Source: Bacteroidales bacterium
GTDB taxonomy: Bacteria > Bacteroidota > Bacteroidia > Bacteroidales > VadinHA17
Reading direction: 5' to 3'
Assembly (NCBI GenBank): GCA_016936435.1
Contig: JAFGXX010000197.1
Coordinates: 1-58,241, forward strand
Length of the DNA: 58,241 nucleotides
The notes under the pieces are model-generated. The model was given only the letters and a program-made list of their open reading frames with translations. It made no database searches and was not told the DNA's origin. A program made the position numbers and the translations under genes. Numbering within the stretch: the first letter of the stretch is position 1; each line of letters opens with the position of its first letter. Positions 1 to 10,299 of this stretch are shown piece by piece.

Positions 1-56
1 TCAGGCGAAGATAAATTGTAAAAAATATTTAAAAATCAATAATATTTTAACCATTG

Positions 57-87
57 TTGGAAAAAAACATTCGATGATATATATTTG
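57..87 (+). promoter_or_regulatory. Bacteroidota housekeeping sigma promoter for exbB-exbD-exbD-tonB
   Basis: TTG at 57-59, 20-nt spacer, TATATTTG at 80-87 (TAnnTTTG -7 consensus). Confidence 0.7.
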
Positions 88-125
88 CGAATTGTAAAAT
101 CTTAAACCTAAACAAATCGATAAAA

Positions 126-944
126 ATGAGTAAACAAGGAAGTTCGTTCAAAGATGCACTGCAGAACATTTTTGCAGTAAGTGCTATTTTAATAGCTTTT
201 GTGGCTTCTTGGCTGTTGTTCACCAACGTGATGGGAAGCCCGGTTAACTTCGAAGGTGGTAATCCGAATGGACATGCGCTGGAGGGTAACTATCTGGGGA
301 TTATTTACAAAGGTGGTTTCATTGTTCCTATCCTGATGACATGTGTGCTTTCCCTTATCATCTTTGTATTTGAGAGGCTGATCACCCTTTCAAGAGCAAA
401 AGGTAAAGGCAGGCTCAACACATTTGTAAGAAAGCTCCAGATTCTCCTTCAGGAAGACAAGATTGAAGAAGCTATCGAAGCCTGTGACAAACAGAAAGGA
501 TCTCTTGCCAATGTAATGAAAGCCGGACTGACCCGTTACAGGAGTCTGCAGGCCGACAAGGAACTTGAAAAAGACCAGAAGATCCTGTCCATTCAGAAAT
601 CTTTTGAAGAGGCAACAGCTCTCGAGCTCCCGATGCTTTCGAGGAACATGGTTATTTTCTCTACTCTGGCATCAATCTCAGTGCTTATAGGTCTTATCGG
701 AACGGTTCTTGGTATGATCCGTGCTTTCGCCGCTCTTGCCCAGTCAGGCGCACCCGATGCTCTTGCTCTCTCCCAGGGTATTTCGGAAGCTCTTGTTAAT
801 ACTGCTTTCGGTATTACAGGATCCACACTGGCAATTATTGCTTTCAACTATTTCAGTTCCAGCATTGACTCCTATACATTTAAAATTGATGAGGCAGGTT
901 TCAGCCTGACGCAGAGCTTTGCAGCATCGCTGAAAAACGCATAA
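126..944 (+). CDS. exbB: MotA/TolQ/ExbB proton channel protein
   Basis: GLIGTVLGMIRAF and GISEALVNTAFG motifs; followed by two ExbD and TonB. Confidence 0.93.
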   Translation: MSKQGSSFKDALQNIFAVSAILIAFVASWLLFTNVMGSPVNFEGGNPNGHALEGNYLGIIYKGGFIVPILMTCVLSLIIFVFERLITLSRAKGKGRLNTFVRKLQILLQEDKIEEAIEACDKQKGSLANVMKAGLTRYRSLQADKELEKDQKILSIQKSFEEATALELPMLSRNMVIFSTLASISVLIGLIGTVLGMIRAFAALAQSGAPDALALSQGISEALVNTAFGITGSTLAIIAFNYFSSSIDSYTFKIDEAGFSLTQSFAASLKNA

Positions 945-985
945 CAAGAATTTATCTTTTGGACTAAATAATTAAAGAAACTGTA

Positions 986-1627
986 ATGCCAAAGATTAAA
1001 TTACCAACACAGTCGCCCCATATTGACATGACGCCGATGGTCGACCTTTTCTCGGTGGTGCTTATTTTCCTTATGCTTACCACCACGATGAGGCAGCCAG
1101 AACCGGCTACTGTTGATACGCCCTTTTCAATATCAGAAACGCCTACTCCTGATTTTAATCAAATGATATTCCTTATTTCAGCTGATGGAAAGGTTTTCAT
1201 GAATTTCGATAACGGCCCCGACACTCTTCTTAAGTACAGACCGAAGATACTTGATGAGATGGGAAAAAGATACGAGATCGAATTCACCGACCTGGAACGC
1301 AGAGCTTTTGAAAAGTACAAATCAGCGCTCGGTGTACCAATAACCAGAATGAAGGAATTCCTGAACAGTAACGATAATAACCTGAAAAACAGTATTCAGG
1401 AAGGGGGTATACCCATCGATTCAGCCGACAATCAGCTGGCGATGTGGATTTTGTGTGCCCGCCAGGTAAACCCGAATATTCAGGCTTCTATCAAAGGTGA
1501 TTCCAACACTGAGTTCTCAGTAGTGGAAAAAGTGCTCGATATACTTCAGGATAAAAATGTTAACAGGTTTAATCTGGTAACAAGTCTGGAAGCAGCTAAA
1601 ATAAACCTAGAAGAAATACAACAGTGA
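986..1627 (+). CDS. exbD: Biopolymer transporter ExbD (copy 1)
   Basis: IDMTPMVD motif, one TM, C-terminal IKGD...VLDIL motif. Confidence 0.92.
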   Translation: MPKIKLPTQSPHIDMTPMVDLFSVVLIFLMLTTTMRQPEPATVDTPFSISETPTPDFNQMIFLISADGKVFMNFDNGPDTLLKYRPKILDEMGKRYEIEFTDLERRAFEKYKSALGVPITRMKEFLNSNDNNLKNSIQEGGIPIDSADNQLAMWILCARQVNPNIQASIKGDSNTEFSVVEKVLDILQDKNVNRFNLVTSLEAAKINLEEIQQ

Positions 1628-1628
1628 T

Positions 1629-2297
1629 ATGGCAGAGATTATCGTAGAAGAAAAAGGCGGTGGCGGGAAGAAGAAAGCGAAGAAGCATCCTCCCCATATC
1701 GACATGACACCGATGGTGGACCTCATGTGTCTGCTTATCGTATTCTTCATGTTGACAACTGCATTCAGCAAGGCAAAGATCATGGAGATCATTCTGCCGG
1801 AAAAAGTTAAGGATCCGACACAGCAGGAAGCTCCAAAGATTGTGGCCAGCCGTACACTGAATATACTTCTCGGTCCCGACGACAGACTCTTCTGGTATCC
1901 GGGAGCCGTCAAGGAAGAAGATTTTAACAACCTTCCTCCCCTGATGGAGACAGATTTCAGTGCAGACGGTATCCGCAAGCTCCTGCTTGATAGGAACAGA
2001 ACCCTGGCAAGAACAATAACAGAATTCAGGGATGAAGTAATAGCAGGAAGGATCAATATCTCACAGGATTCACTGCAGAACTCGATCAGCCAGCTGAAAA
2101 AGGATGACGACACAGGACCTATTGTGCTTATAAAAGCATACAAGGAATCCAACTACGGCAACTTTGTAGATATACTCGATGAGATGAATATCTGCGGAAT
2201 TGCCCGTTATACGTTTATGAAAATTGCATGGTATGAAGAGAAGATGGTAGAGACGGCTATAGCTGCCACCCCTGCATTGGCTTCTTCAACCAATTAA
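1629..2297 (+). CDS. exbD: Biopolymer transporter ExbD (copy 2)
   Basis: IDMTPMVDL motif, IKA...YGNFVDILDEM. Confidence 0.92.
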   Translation: MAEIIVEEKGGGGKKKAKKHPPHIDMTPMVDLMCLLIVFFMLTTAFSKAKIMEIILPEKVKDPTQQEAPKIVASRTLNILLGPDDRLFWYPGAVKEEDFNNLPPLMETDFSADGIRKLLLDRNRTLARTITEFRDEVIAGRINISQDSLQNSISQLKKDDDTGPIVLIKAYKESNYGNFVDILDEMNICGIARYTFMKIAWYEEKMVETAIAATPALASSTN

Positions 2298-2315
2298 CCC
2301 GTAAACCTTTAAGTG

Positions 2316-3098
2316 ATGGCAAAGGAAAAATTCAGAGCACCTGCTTTCGACGACATAGTCTTCGAATTCAGAAACAAGGAATACGGAGCTTATACTCTCA
2401 GGAAGAAATACAAGAGGAACGTCATCATTGCACTTACAATCGGCGTGATCCTTATGAGTGCTGTAATCATAACACCATATCTCAATGCCAAAGCAGCAGA
2501 GAGCCGCACTCAGAGACAGGAGAGACAGGTAGAGATCCAGATGGAGAACCTTGAGACTCCCGATCAGGACTTTGCTCCTCCTCCTCCCCCTCCGCCTCCT
2601 CCACAGGATGTAGTTCAGCAGGCAAAATATGTTCCTCCGGTTGTCGTAGACTCTGTTAAACCGGAAGACGCTGTTGTCGAACTCATGACGATGGACGAAG
2701 CTCAGGTAGAGGTTCAGAACGAAGAGGTTGTTGAGTATGTAGAACCTGTCAAGGAAGAAGTTGAAGAAGTAGAGGCAGAACCCGAACCATTCGTGGTTGT
2801 AGAGGAAATGCCGATGTTCCCCGGAGGGGAGACAGAACTTCTCAAGTATATCGGTGAACATACCAACTATCCTGAAGTGGCCAAGGAAAACAACATCCAG
2901 GGTCGTGTTATAGTAAGGTTCTGTGTCACTGCCAAAGGTACGGTAAGTCAAATTTCCGTGCTCAAGGGAGTTGACCCTGAACTCGACAAAGAGGCAGTCA
3001 GAGTTGTTTCGACACTTCCTACATTTAAGCCCGGTAAACAGGGCGGAAAACCTGTTCCTGTATGGTACATGGTACCTATTACCTTTACGCTTAAATAA
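2316..3098 (+). CDS. tonB: Energy transducer TonB
   Basis: FDDIVFE-RNKEYGAY-LR N-terminus, TM, polyproline linker, YPEVAKENNIQGRV TonB_C domain; ATG at 2316 preferred over GTG at 2313. Confidence 0.93.
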   Translation: MAKEKFRAPAFDDIVFEFRNKEYGAYTLRKKYKRNVIIALTIGVILMSAVIITPYLNAKAAESRTQRQERQVEIQMENLETPDQDFAPPPPPPPPPQDVVQQAKYVPPVVVDSVKPEDAVVELMTMDEAQVEVQNEEVVEYVEPVKEEVEEVEAEPEPFVVVEEMPMFPGGETELLKYIGEHTNYPEVAKENNIQGRVIVRFCVTAKGTVSQISVLKGVDPELDKEAVRVVSTLPTFKPGKQGGKPVPVWYMVPITFTLK

Positions 3099-3121
3099 TC
3101 ATTTTTATGATTATATATTTT

Positions 3122-3155
3122 AAAGGGCCCCGTCTGAGGGCCCTTTCTTTTTTTT
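3122..3155 (+). terminator. Intrinsic terminator, possibly bidirectional, between tonB and ltaE
   Basis: AAAGGGCCC-cgtctga-GGGCCCTTT stem followed by a T tract, between convergent genes. Confidence 0.85.
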
Positions 3156-4196
3156 CTACAGTGAGGCAGCAGCCATTTCCTGCTTAAGCAAAAACGTAAA
3201 CCTCTCTATATCTTCCTCAGTGGTATCCCAGCTCGTCATCAGACGGTATTCAGATGTGAATTCATTCCAGGAATAAAAAAAGTAGTGCTTCATCATTTTT
3301 TCTGCAACCACATCAGGCATAATCACAAACACGCCATTTGACTGAACAGGCTGTGTTATCGTAATACCGCTGATGCCTTTAAGTTTATCTTCCAGCATGG
3401 AGGCCATGGCATTTGCATGAGAAGCACACAGTATCCACAGGTCATTGCGGAAATAGGCCAGAAACTGCGCTGAGATGTATCTCATCTTAGAAGCCAGCTG
3501 CATCCCCTGTTTTCTGATATATTTAAAACCTTCCGATAGACCGGGTTTCAGAAAACAGATGGCCTCTCCCATCATCATGCCATTTTTAGTACCACCGAAA
3601 GACAGTACGTCAACACCTGCATCGGTAGTGAATGAACGAAACGGGAGGTTCAGCGAAACGGCTGCATTAGCCAGGCGTGCGCCATCCATGTGAAGATACA
3701 TGCCATGAGAATGAGCATAGCCGGCCATGGTCCTTATCTCTTCTACCGTGTAAACGGTACCCATTTCGGAAGCCTGTGTTATCGAAATCACACCCGGCTG
3801 CGGATGATGCTCAAAACCAAAACCATGCATGTGCCGGGCAATCAGTGCAGGAGTGATCTTGCCATCGGGTGTCTCCGAAGTAAGCACCTTACATCCTGTG
3901 AATTTCTCGGGGGCTCCACACTCATCCTGCTGAAGATGAGCCGTTTCGGCTGCAATCAGCGAATTCCATGAACGCGTTACCCCTGTAATGCCCAGAACAT
4001 TTGCGGCAGTACCGGTAAAGACAAAGAAGACCTCCGTATCGGGACCGAGTTGTTCCCTGAACACTTCCCTGGCTTGTTCTGTATATGGATCTGCACCATA
4101 ACCGACTACATGACCTTCATTTACAGCTAAAAACTCTTTCATAATATCCGGATGTACACCGGCATTATTGTCGCTTGCAAAACCACGTTTTATCAT
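3156..4196 (-). CDS. ltaE: Low-specificity L-threonine aldolase (PLP)
   Basis: FASDN, GTAAN, LHMDGARLANA, SFGGTKNG (PLP lysine). Confidence 0.9.
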   Translation of the reverse strand: MIKRGFASDNNAGVHPDIMKEFLAVNEGHVVGYGADPYTEQAREVFREQLGPDTEVFFVFTGTAANVLGITGVTRSWNSLIAAETAHLQQDECGAPEKFTGCKVLTSETPDGKITPALIARHMHGFGFEHHPQPGVISITQASEMGTVYTVEEIRTMAGYAHSHGMYLHMDGARLANAAVSLNLPFRSFTTDAGVDVLSFGGTKNGMMMGEAICFLKPGLSEGFKYIRKQGMQLASKMRYISAQFLAYFRNDLWILCASHANAMASMLEDKLKGISGITITQPVQSNGVFVIMPDVVAEKMMKHYFFYSWNEFTSEYRLMTSWDTTEEDIERFTFLLKQEMAAASL

Positions 4197-4338
4197 GACA
4201 AAAATTAAAATTTGCTAACAGCTCATCATTCCATTTACACCAGGGAAAGATTGTATTTAAAATATTACAACCTCAGATCAGGCGGCTATACAGCTATGCA
4301 GGCCAATTATAAACCTATTCAGGTTTTAGCGGACTGAA

Positions 4339-5544
4339 TTATCTGATCTTTGAACCTTTTTGTGCAAAGAAAGTGATATATGCATAATATATGAACAGAC
4401 AGGATATTGCCACTACCAGTCCGGTTCCCTTCTGAATGGCGCCCATCATCGGAGGCAGAAGAGCTGCTCCTATCACCGATGTTGCTATCACTCCCGAACC
4501 GACTTTTGTATGAGGACCCAGATCTTCGAGAGAAAGATTATAAATGCAGGGCCACATTATTGAATGCATCAGACCGGTACCAATGAAGAGCACCAGTGCG
4601 ATTGATTTCATGCCCATAGAGCCCAGTACCAGTGACAACAACAGCATAATTCCTCCTATTATGGCGTTAAAGCTCAGAATAGTCCTTGCACTGAACTTCC
4701 TCAGGATGAATATGCCTGCAACACGGCCAACCATTAATCCTGCCCAGTAATAGGCAAGAAGCCTGGTTCTGGTATCTCCGACGAAGTTAAAACCCAGTTT
4801 ATCGGAATAATCTGCGAAGAAGCTGGGGATACCTATTTCGACACCCATATAGAAGAAAATAGCCAGTGAGCCCAGCCACATATGAGTATATTTATAAGCA
4901 CTTGATCTTGATTTCTTTACCTCGCCAGCTACATTTTCCCCCTCGTTTATTTCCGGCAGTTTCAGGAAGAACATTACCACGACAATGATGAGTGTTGCAA
5001 TGCCTATTCCGGCAAATGGTCCCTGGACAGCCTTAGGGTCTGCTGCTCCGCCTTCGTTGGCCGATACGATCAGCATCGACACAAATATGGGGGCAATAAC
5101 CGTTGCCACCGAGTTAAGCGCATTTGTAAGTGTAAGTCGGCTGGCTGCAGTTTCAGGTGTTCCCAGGGCATTAACATAAGGATTTGCTGCAACCTGAAGT
5201 ATCACAACTCCTATGGCGAAGACCGAGACAGCGCTCAGAAAACCGTAGTACCCGAATGTCACCCCGGGAATACACAGGAAAAAACCAATGGCTATCAGGG
5301 CCAGGGAACTAAGCACACCCCACCTGTAACCTATCCTGTTGAGGAGATAGCCAACAGGTATCGAAAGAATATATGCACCGTAAAAGAATGTATTGGGAAG
5401 CTGTTTTTCCACTTCATTCAGGCTGAATGCATTCTTCAGGTAATCTATCAGCGAATTGTTCATCGTTGTTATGAAGCCGAGAAGAAAGAACATCGAAGCC
5501 ATAACGATGAGAGGGAACAGGAATTTATTCTTGTTGTCAGTCAT
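4339..5544 (-). CDS. MFS glucose/galactose transporter (GluP/FucP family)
   Basis: About 12 TM segments, LQVAANPYV, YMGVE, SIMWP motifs; in an operon with galK/galM. Confidence 0.88.
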   Translation of the reverse strand: MTDNKNKFLFPLIVMASMFFLLGFITTMNNSLIDYLKNAFSLNEVEKQLPNTFFYGAYILSIPVGYLLNRIGYRWGVLSSLALIAIGFFLCIPGVTFGYYGFLSAVSVFAIGVVILQVAANPYVNALGTPETAASRLTLTNALNSVATVIAPIFVSMLIVSANEGGAADPKAVQGPFAGIGIATLIIVVVMFFLKLPEINEGENVAGEVKKSRSSAYKYTHMWLGSLAIFFYMGVEIGIPSFFADYSDKLGFNFVGDTRTRLLAYYWAGLMVGRVAGIFILRKFSARTILSFNAIIGGIMLLLSLVLGSMGMKSIALVLFIGTGLMHSIMWPCIYNLSLEDLGPHTKVGSGVIATSVIGAALLPPMMGAIQKGTGLVVAISCLFIYYAYITFFAQKGSKIR

Positions 5545-5592
5545 GGTTTTTGGTGATTATTGATTAATAATGAAAGGAATTTAAAAGTTATG

Positions 5593-6648
5593 TCATCTGG
5601 TGCTGAAGCGGTGGAGGCAGCTGTGCCTGTATTCTTCTCCCGGGTTCAGTATGGTTGAAGGGAAGTGAGGCTTGTTGACAGCATCTGCAAAATGTTGTGT
5701 TTCAAGACAGAAAGCCCACCGCCGCTGATATTTTTTCCCTCCCTTCCCTTCTTCATTATCGATCCAGTTTGCAGTATAAAGCTGCAGTCCGGGTTGTGTC
5801 GTAAAGATTTCCATCACGCGCCCGGAAAGTGGATCATAAGCAACAGCCGCCAGTCCGGGAGTTCCCGTCCTGTGTCTTAGCACCCAGTTGTGATCGTAGC
5901 CGGCGCCATATATGAGCTGCAGATCTTCCTTGTCGATATCCGCCCCTATTCTTTTCGGAATTGTAAAATCCATCGGAGTGCCTGCTACCGGACGTATTTC
6001 GCCGGTTGGTACATTTGTATCATCGGTAGGTGTAAAAAAATCTCCGTTTATCATCAGTTCATGATCATATATGCTTCCTGAACCTTCTCCCGACAGATTA
6101 AAGTAAGAATGCGAAGCAAGGTTTACGACTGTTGTTTTGTCGGTGTATGCCTGATAATCTATCCGAAGTTCATTATCATCTGAAAGAGAATATGTTACAG
6201 TGACAGTCAGATTTCCGGGGTAGCCTTCTTCCCCGTCGGGTGAAATATACTGCATCCTTACTTCCGATGCCGTGCTGCCGAGCACTGTCCAGACAACCTT
6301 GTTGAATCCCCTTATACCTCCGTGAAGATGGTTGGGGCCGTTATTCACCGCGAGATTATATTCCTTATCTCCGAGAGTGAATCTTCCTTTTGCTATCCTG
6401 TTTGCGCATCTTCCGCATACAGCCCCCATATAGGGTCCGTTGCCGTTTATGTACTCCTTCAGGGTATCATATCCCTGGACAATATCAGCTACTTTTCCTG
6501 ACCTGTCGGGAACGAAGATGCTTACAATTATGGCACCATAATTGGTGATCTGTACCGCTATTTTATTTTTATTTTCCAGGGTATAGAGGGAAACCGCTTT
6601 GCCCTCATGAATACCCTCGAAGCATTCTTCGGCTATGATATTATTCAT
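5593..6648 (-). CDS. galM: Aldose 1-epimerase (galactose mutarotase)
   Basis: GRCANRI, NHLHGG, EEGYPG, HSYFNL, GYDHN, FCLETQH. Confidence 0.95.
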   Translation of the reverse strand: MNNIIAEECFEGIHEGKAVSLYTLENKNKIAVQITNYGAIIVSIFVPDRSGKVADIVQGYDTLKEYINGNGPYMGAVCGRCANRIAKGRFTLGDKEYNLAVNNGPNHLHGGIRGFNKVVWTVLGSTASEVRMQYISPDGEEGYPGNLTVTVTYSLSDDNELRIDYQAYTDKTTVVNLASHSYFNLSGEGSGSIYDHELMINGDFFTPTDDTNVPTGEIRPVAGTPMDFTIPKRIGADIDKEDLQLIYGAGYDHNWVLRHRTGTPGLAAVAYDPLSGRVMEIFTTQPGLQLYTANWIDNEEGKGGKKYQRRWAFCLETQHFADAVNKPHFPSTILNPGEEYRHSCLHRFSTR

Positions 6649-6660
6649 TGGTTAAAGCAG

Positions 6661-7944
6661 TTAAAGTTCAACAATTCCGGCTCCCCTGTGTCGGATGAAA
6701 AGATTTTTACATGCACCTTTCCCGAAAAAATGTTCGAGAGTGTCAATATATTTTTGAAGCAGGGCAGCAGGCACGAATGCCTGGATTGTGCCGGCAAAAC
6801 CTCCTCCATGAACTCTCCATGCGCCTTCTCCTCTGAGAATCAGGTCGCTGAGGGCCAGAGCCACTGATACTCCCTGTTCTTTTATGTTATTGACAGGGAA
6901 GATGTTCTGGTTGTACATGTAGGAGCTGAATCCTGAATCGACAACCATTGAGAGAAATGCTTTGAAATCGTTTTTTTCGAGTGCTTCCACCTGTTCAACA
7001 ACGCGCTGGTTATCTCCATGAAAATGTATGGCTCTCAGGATGGCCCTGTCACCGACCTTTTCCCGGATGTTGGGGGCAACGTCAAGTACCTGTTCAAGGC
7101 TGACTTCTCTCAGGACCCTGGCTCCCAGTTCAGCCGCAACGGCTTTCATATCTGAAGGCAGAGATGCATATTCATCGTTAAGGTCGGCATGGTTTCCTCC
7201 TGTATCGGTTATGACAAGTGAAAAACCTGTTGCCACAAAATCGAAGTCTACCTTTTTAACCACCGGCGAGGAAGGATCCCTGAAGTCGATGGTTATGAGG
7301 CCTCCCATGGCGCATGCGGTCTGGTCCATCAGTCCGCAGGGTTTTCCAAAGTAATTGTTTTCTGCATACTGTCCAATTATTGCGTTCCTGATAGGGTCCA
7401 TTCTGTCGTTATTGAATAAGCGGTTCAGGATTGCGCCCACCAGCACTTCAAAAGAGGCTGAAGAGCTAAGTCCTGAGCCCTTCGGAACACCTCCGTCGAT
7501 ACAAGCGTCGAAACCACCCACTTCAAAACCGAGCTCCCTGAACCTCGAGCATATCCCTCTGACCAGGGCTGCTGATGTGAACCTCTCATCCATCACCGGG
7601 GTCAGCGACGACAAATCAACCTCGAAACGCGGATAACCCTCTGAAAGGATACGGATGACATCAGTTCCGTTTGGACCTGCAACTGCCACATTATCGAGGT
7701 TAACAGCACCGGCAAGCACTCTTCCCCAGTTATGGTCAGTATGATTGCCGCCTATTTCAGTGCGTCCGGGTGAACTGAAAAATTCCACATCCTTCACGCC
7801 GAACTCAGAAGTGAACTGATCGAGAAGCTTCAGATATCTCTCTGAATTTCGTTTAAGTTCTGAAATATCATTACCATACAGCTCGCGAAAGATATCGTTG
7901 TCACCGCCATTAATTTTTGTTGTAAGTACTTCTTTAGTAGCCAT
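6661..7944 (-). CDS. galK: Galactokinase (GHMP kinase)
   Basis: SPGRTEIGGNHTDH, PKGSGLSSSA, CGLMDQ, RVHGGGFAG; ATG at 7944, alternative TTG at 7947. Confidence 0.9.
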   Translation of the reverse strand: MATKEVLTTKINGGDNDIFRELYGNDISELKRNSERYLKLLDQFTSEFGVKDVEFFSSPGRTEIGGNHTDHNWGRVLAGAVNLDNVAVAGPNGTDVIRILSEGYPRFEVDLSSLTPVMDERFTSAALVRGICSRFRELGFEVGGFDACIDGGVPKGSGLSSSASFEVLVGAILNRLFNNDRMDPIRNAIIGQYAENNYFGKPCGLMDQTACAMGGLITIDFRDPSSPVVKKVDFDFVATGFSLVITDTGGNHADLNDEYASLPSDMKAVAAELGARVLREVSLEQVLDVAPNIREKVGDRAILRAIHFHGDNQRVVEQVEALEKNDFKAFLSMVVDSGFSSYMYNQNIFPVNNIKEQGVSVALALSDLILRGEGAWRVHGGGFAGTIQAFVPAALLQKYIDTLEHFFGKGACKNLFIRHRGAGIVEL

Positions 7945-7967
7945 CAATATTATGTGTTACAAGTTAA

Positions 7968-9305
7968 TTATCGTTTTTTGCTACCCACAAGAGCATAGAA
8001 TACTATATAGAGATAACATATTATCGGAAGAATAAAAGCAGCTCTTACCCCTATCGTATCAGCCATAACGCCCATAAGCACAGGTACTACCGCACCTCCC
8101 ACAATAAGAGTATTTATCAGTCCGGATGCCATGCTAAGCTCGCCCTTATCGAGGCCTTCGACACCGAGAGTGAAAATATTCGGGAACATGATAGAGTTGA
8201 AGAAGCCTATTGCAAGACCCAGCCATAGAGTAAAACTACCGCTTGTAGACATTACAACGACGAGGAGGGCTGCGGCAATAATGCCGAAAACAGCCAGTGA
8301 ACGTGCAGCTTTTCCCCTGCCAAGCTGAATTGCAAGATAATTCAGCAATGCAATTCCGGCAAAGATTAGTCCGTCGGTAATTTCAGACCTCACGAACCAG
8401 CCTACAAAAAATGCAAGAGCGATCACGATCACGGTATAGAGATATTTTCTTGCGCTCCTGACATTAGAGAGCATGAATGAACCATAAAAACGTCCAACCA
8501 TAGATCCGCCCCAGTAGAGAGCTATCATCCTGGCAGCATCGGATTGCGCCATGTTCAGCGCTGTCTGGAAATAACGCTGAAGGAAGGCGGCGGTACCAAC
8601 CTCTGCTCCCACATAACAAAAAATACCCACGGCACCCAGAGTTACATGCGGATATTTCCATACGCTCTTTTTTTCCACACCCTGAGTAGATATAAGGGGA
8701 AGACGAAGCATATATACTGCAAATGCAATAATAAGGACTATGATACCTATTACCAGGAAAGGCCCGGGTACTGATCTGGCGGCTTCAGAAGCAGACAGGG
8801 CAGCGTCGGCTGCTGTCTTAAAGACAAATACTCCTGCAATGATTGGTGCCAGATACGTGGCAATTGAATTCAGAGCCTGTGTCAGGTTCAGTCTGCCCGA
8901 GGCTGTTTCAGAGGGCCCCAGTGCTGTAACGTAAGGATTTGCTGCAACCTGAAGAAAAACAACACCACCTGCCATTATAAATATTGCGAACAGAAAAAAC
9001 GGAAATGAAAGTGCTTTTGCGGCCGGGAAAAAGAGAAAGCTGCCTGCAGCCACCAGAAGGAGTCCGAGTATAACACCTCCTTTGTAGCCGATTTTTTTAA
9101 TGATACCGCCGGCAGTAAAAGAGAGAACAAAGTAGGTAAAGAAAAATGCACCGTTCACCAGCTGTGCCTGGAAATTTGAAAGCTCAAAAACAGCTTTGAA
9201 CTTATCGGCAAGAGTTATATTAAAAGTCGTAACAAAGCCGAAAAGGAAAAATATCATCCCCATAAAGGCCATTCCGGCTAGCTGAGTGTTTTTCTGTTCA
9301 GTCAT
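7968..9305 (-). CDS. MFS sugar transporter (GluP/FucP family), second copy
   Basis: LQVAANPYV, YVGAEV, NSIMFPNIF motifs. Confidence 0.88.
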   Translation of the reverse strand: MTEQKNTQLAGMAFMGMIFFLFGFVTTFNITLADKFKAVFELSNFQAQLVNGAFFFTYFVLSFTAGGIIKKIGYKGGVILGLLLVAAGSFLFFPAAKALSFPFFLFAIFIMAGGVVFLQVAANPYVTALGPSETASGRLNLTQALNSIATYLAPIIAGVFVFKTAADAALSASEAARSVPGPFLVIGIIVLIIAFAVYMLRLPLISTQGVEKKSVWKYPHVTLGAVGIFCYVGAEVGTAAFLQRYFQTALNMAQSDAARMIALYWGGSMVGRFYGSFMLSNVRSARKYLYTVIVIALAFFVGWFVRSEITDGLIFAGIALLNYLAIQLGRGKAARSLAVFGIIAAALLVVVMSTSGSFTLWLGLAIGFFNSIMFPNIFTLGVEGLDKGELSMASGLINTLIVGGAVVPVLMGVMADTIGVRAAFILPIICYLYIVFYALVGSKKR

Positions 9306-9444
9306 TTTGCAGTTATTAGGTTAAACACATAGTTGTTATTTAGTGATCGTAAATTTACATTTAAAGATGGATTTTCAAAGAGTATGGTAAAATTTATTGT
9401 TTGAGTATTTAAGGAACAGCCAGAAGTAAACATGACCATTTAGC

Positions 9445-9452
9445 TATATTTG
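9445..9452 (+). promoter_or_regulatory. -7 promoter element for truA
   Basis: TATATTTG, 4 nt before ATG 9457. Confidence 0.6.
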
Positions 9453-9456
9453 CACA

Positions 9457-10224
9457 ATGCAGGGAGTGAAAAGGAGATATTTCATGTTTTTATCATTCAG
9501 CGGGGCTGCATATCATGGCTGGCAGCTGCAACCTCATGCCCCTACTGTTCAGAAGGTGCTGGAAAACGCCATGAGCACAATCGCCGGTGAAAAGATAACA
9601 GTTACGGGTGCAGGAAGAACAGATACAGGTGTGCATGCAAGTTTTTTTTGTGCTCATTTCGACTCTGATACATATCATACCAAAGACCCGGATAAATTTC
9701 TCCACAGGCTGAATCGTTATCTTCCTTCTGATATTGCGATACGTAGAATAGCAGAGGTGGTGCCAGATGCCCATGCAAGATTCAGTGCTCTTTCGAGAAC
9801 TTACAGGTATTATGTAACCAGGTTAAAGGATCCTTTCAGCACAGACCGTGCCTGGTATGTACCCGGATCCGTTGATTACGAAACAATGAATGAAGCATGC
9901 GCTATACTGATGAAACATGATGATTTCACCAGTTTCAGCAAACTCCATTCAGGAACCAGGACAAACATTTGCAGAATTGATCATGCAGGATGGGAAGAAG
10001 ACAGCAACAGATTGGTCCTTACCATTAAGGCCGACAGATTCTTGAGAAATATGGTCAGGTCCATTACCGGGACTATGATCGATATAGGAAAAGGCAAACT
10101 CACAATTAAACAGTTCGAAGAGATCATTATGGCGAAGGATCGCTGCAGGGCAGGCTTATCAGCGCCAGCAAGGGGACTCTTCCTTGAAGATATAGAATAC
10201 CCCGACGAACTGTTCCTTCATTAA
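9457..10224 (+). CDS. truA: tRNA pseudouridine(38-40) synthase
   Basis: YHGWQ, GAGRTDTGVHA, FLRNMVR, APARGLFL; alternative GTG start at 9466. Confidence 0.95.
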   Translation: MQGVKRRYFMFLSFSGAAYHGWQLQPHAPTVQKVLENAMSTIAGEKITVTGAGRTDTGVHASFFCAHFDSDTYHTKDPDKFLHRLNRYLPSDIAIRRIAEVVPDAHARFSALSRTYRYYVTRLKDPFSTDRAWYVPGSVDYETMNEACAILMKHDDFTSFSKLHSGTRTNICRIDHAGWEEDSNRLVLTIKADRFLRNMVRSITGTMIDIGKGKLTIKQFEEIIMAKDRCRAGLSAPARGLFLEDIEYPDELFLH

Positions 10225-10299
10225 TAATCATTATAATTGTCAATCTGAAAATATAGCATAGATGCCGGAAGTAATTAATGAATAAATAACAGAAATAAA

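Noticed and set aside
2576-2604. CCT-rich trinucleotide run
   Set aside because: Encodes the normal TonB polyproline linker.
9349-9358. Palindrome GTAAATTTAC upstream of the gal operon as an operator
   Set aside because: Equally explained as a variant minus-strand -7 promoter element; no regulator gene nearby.
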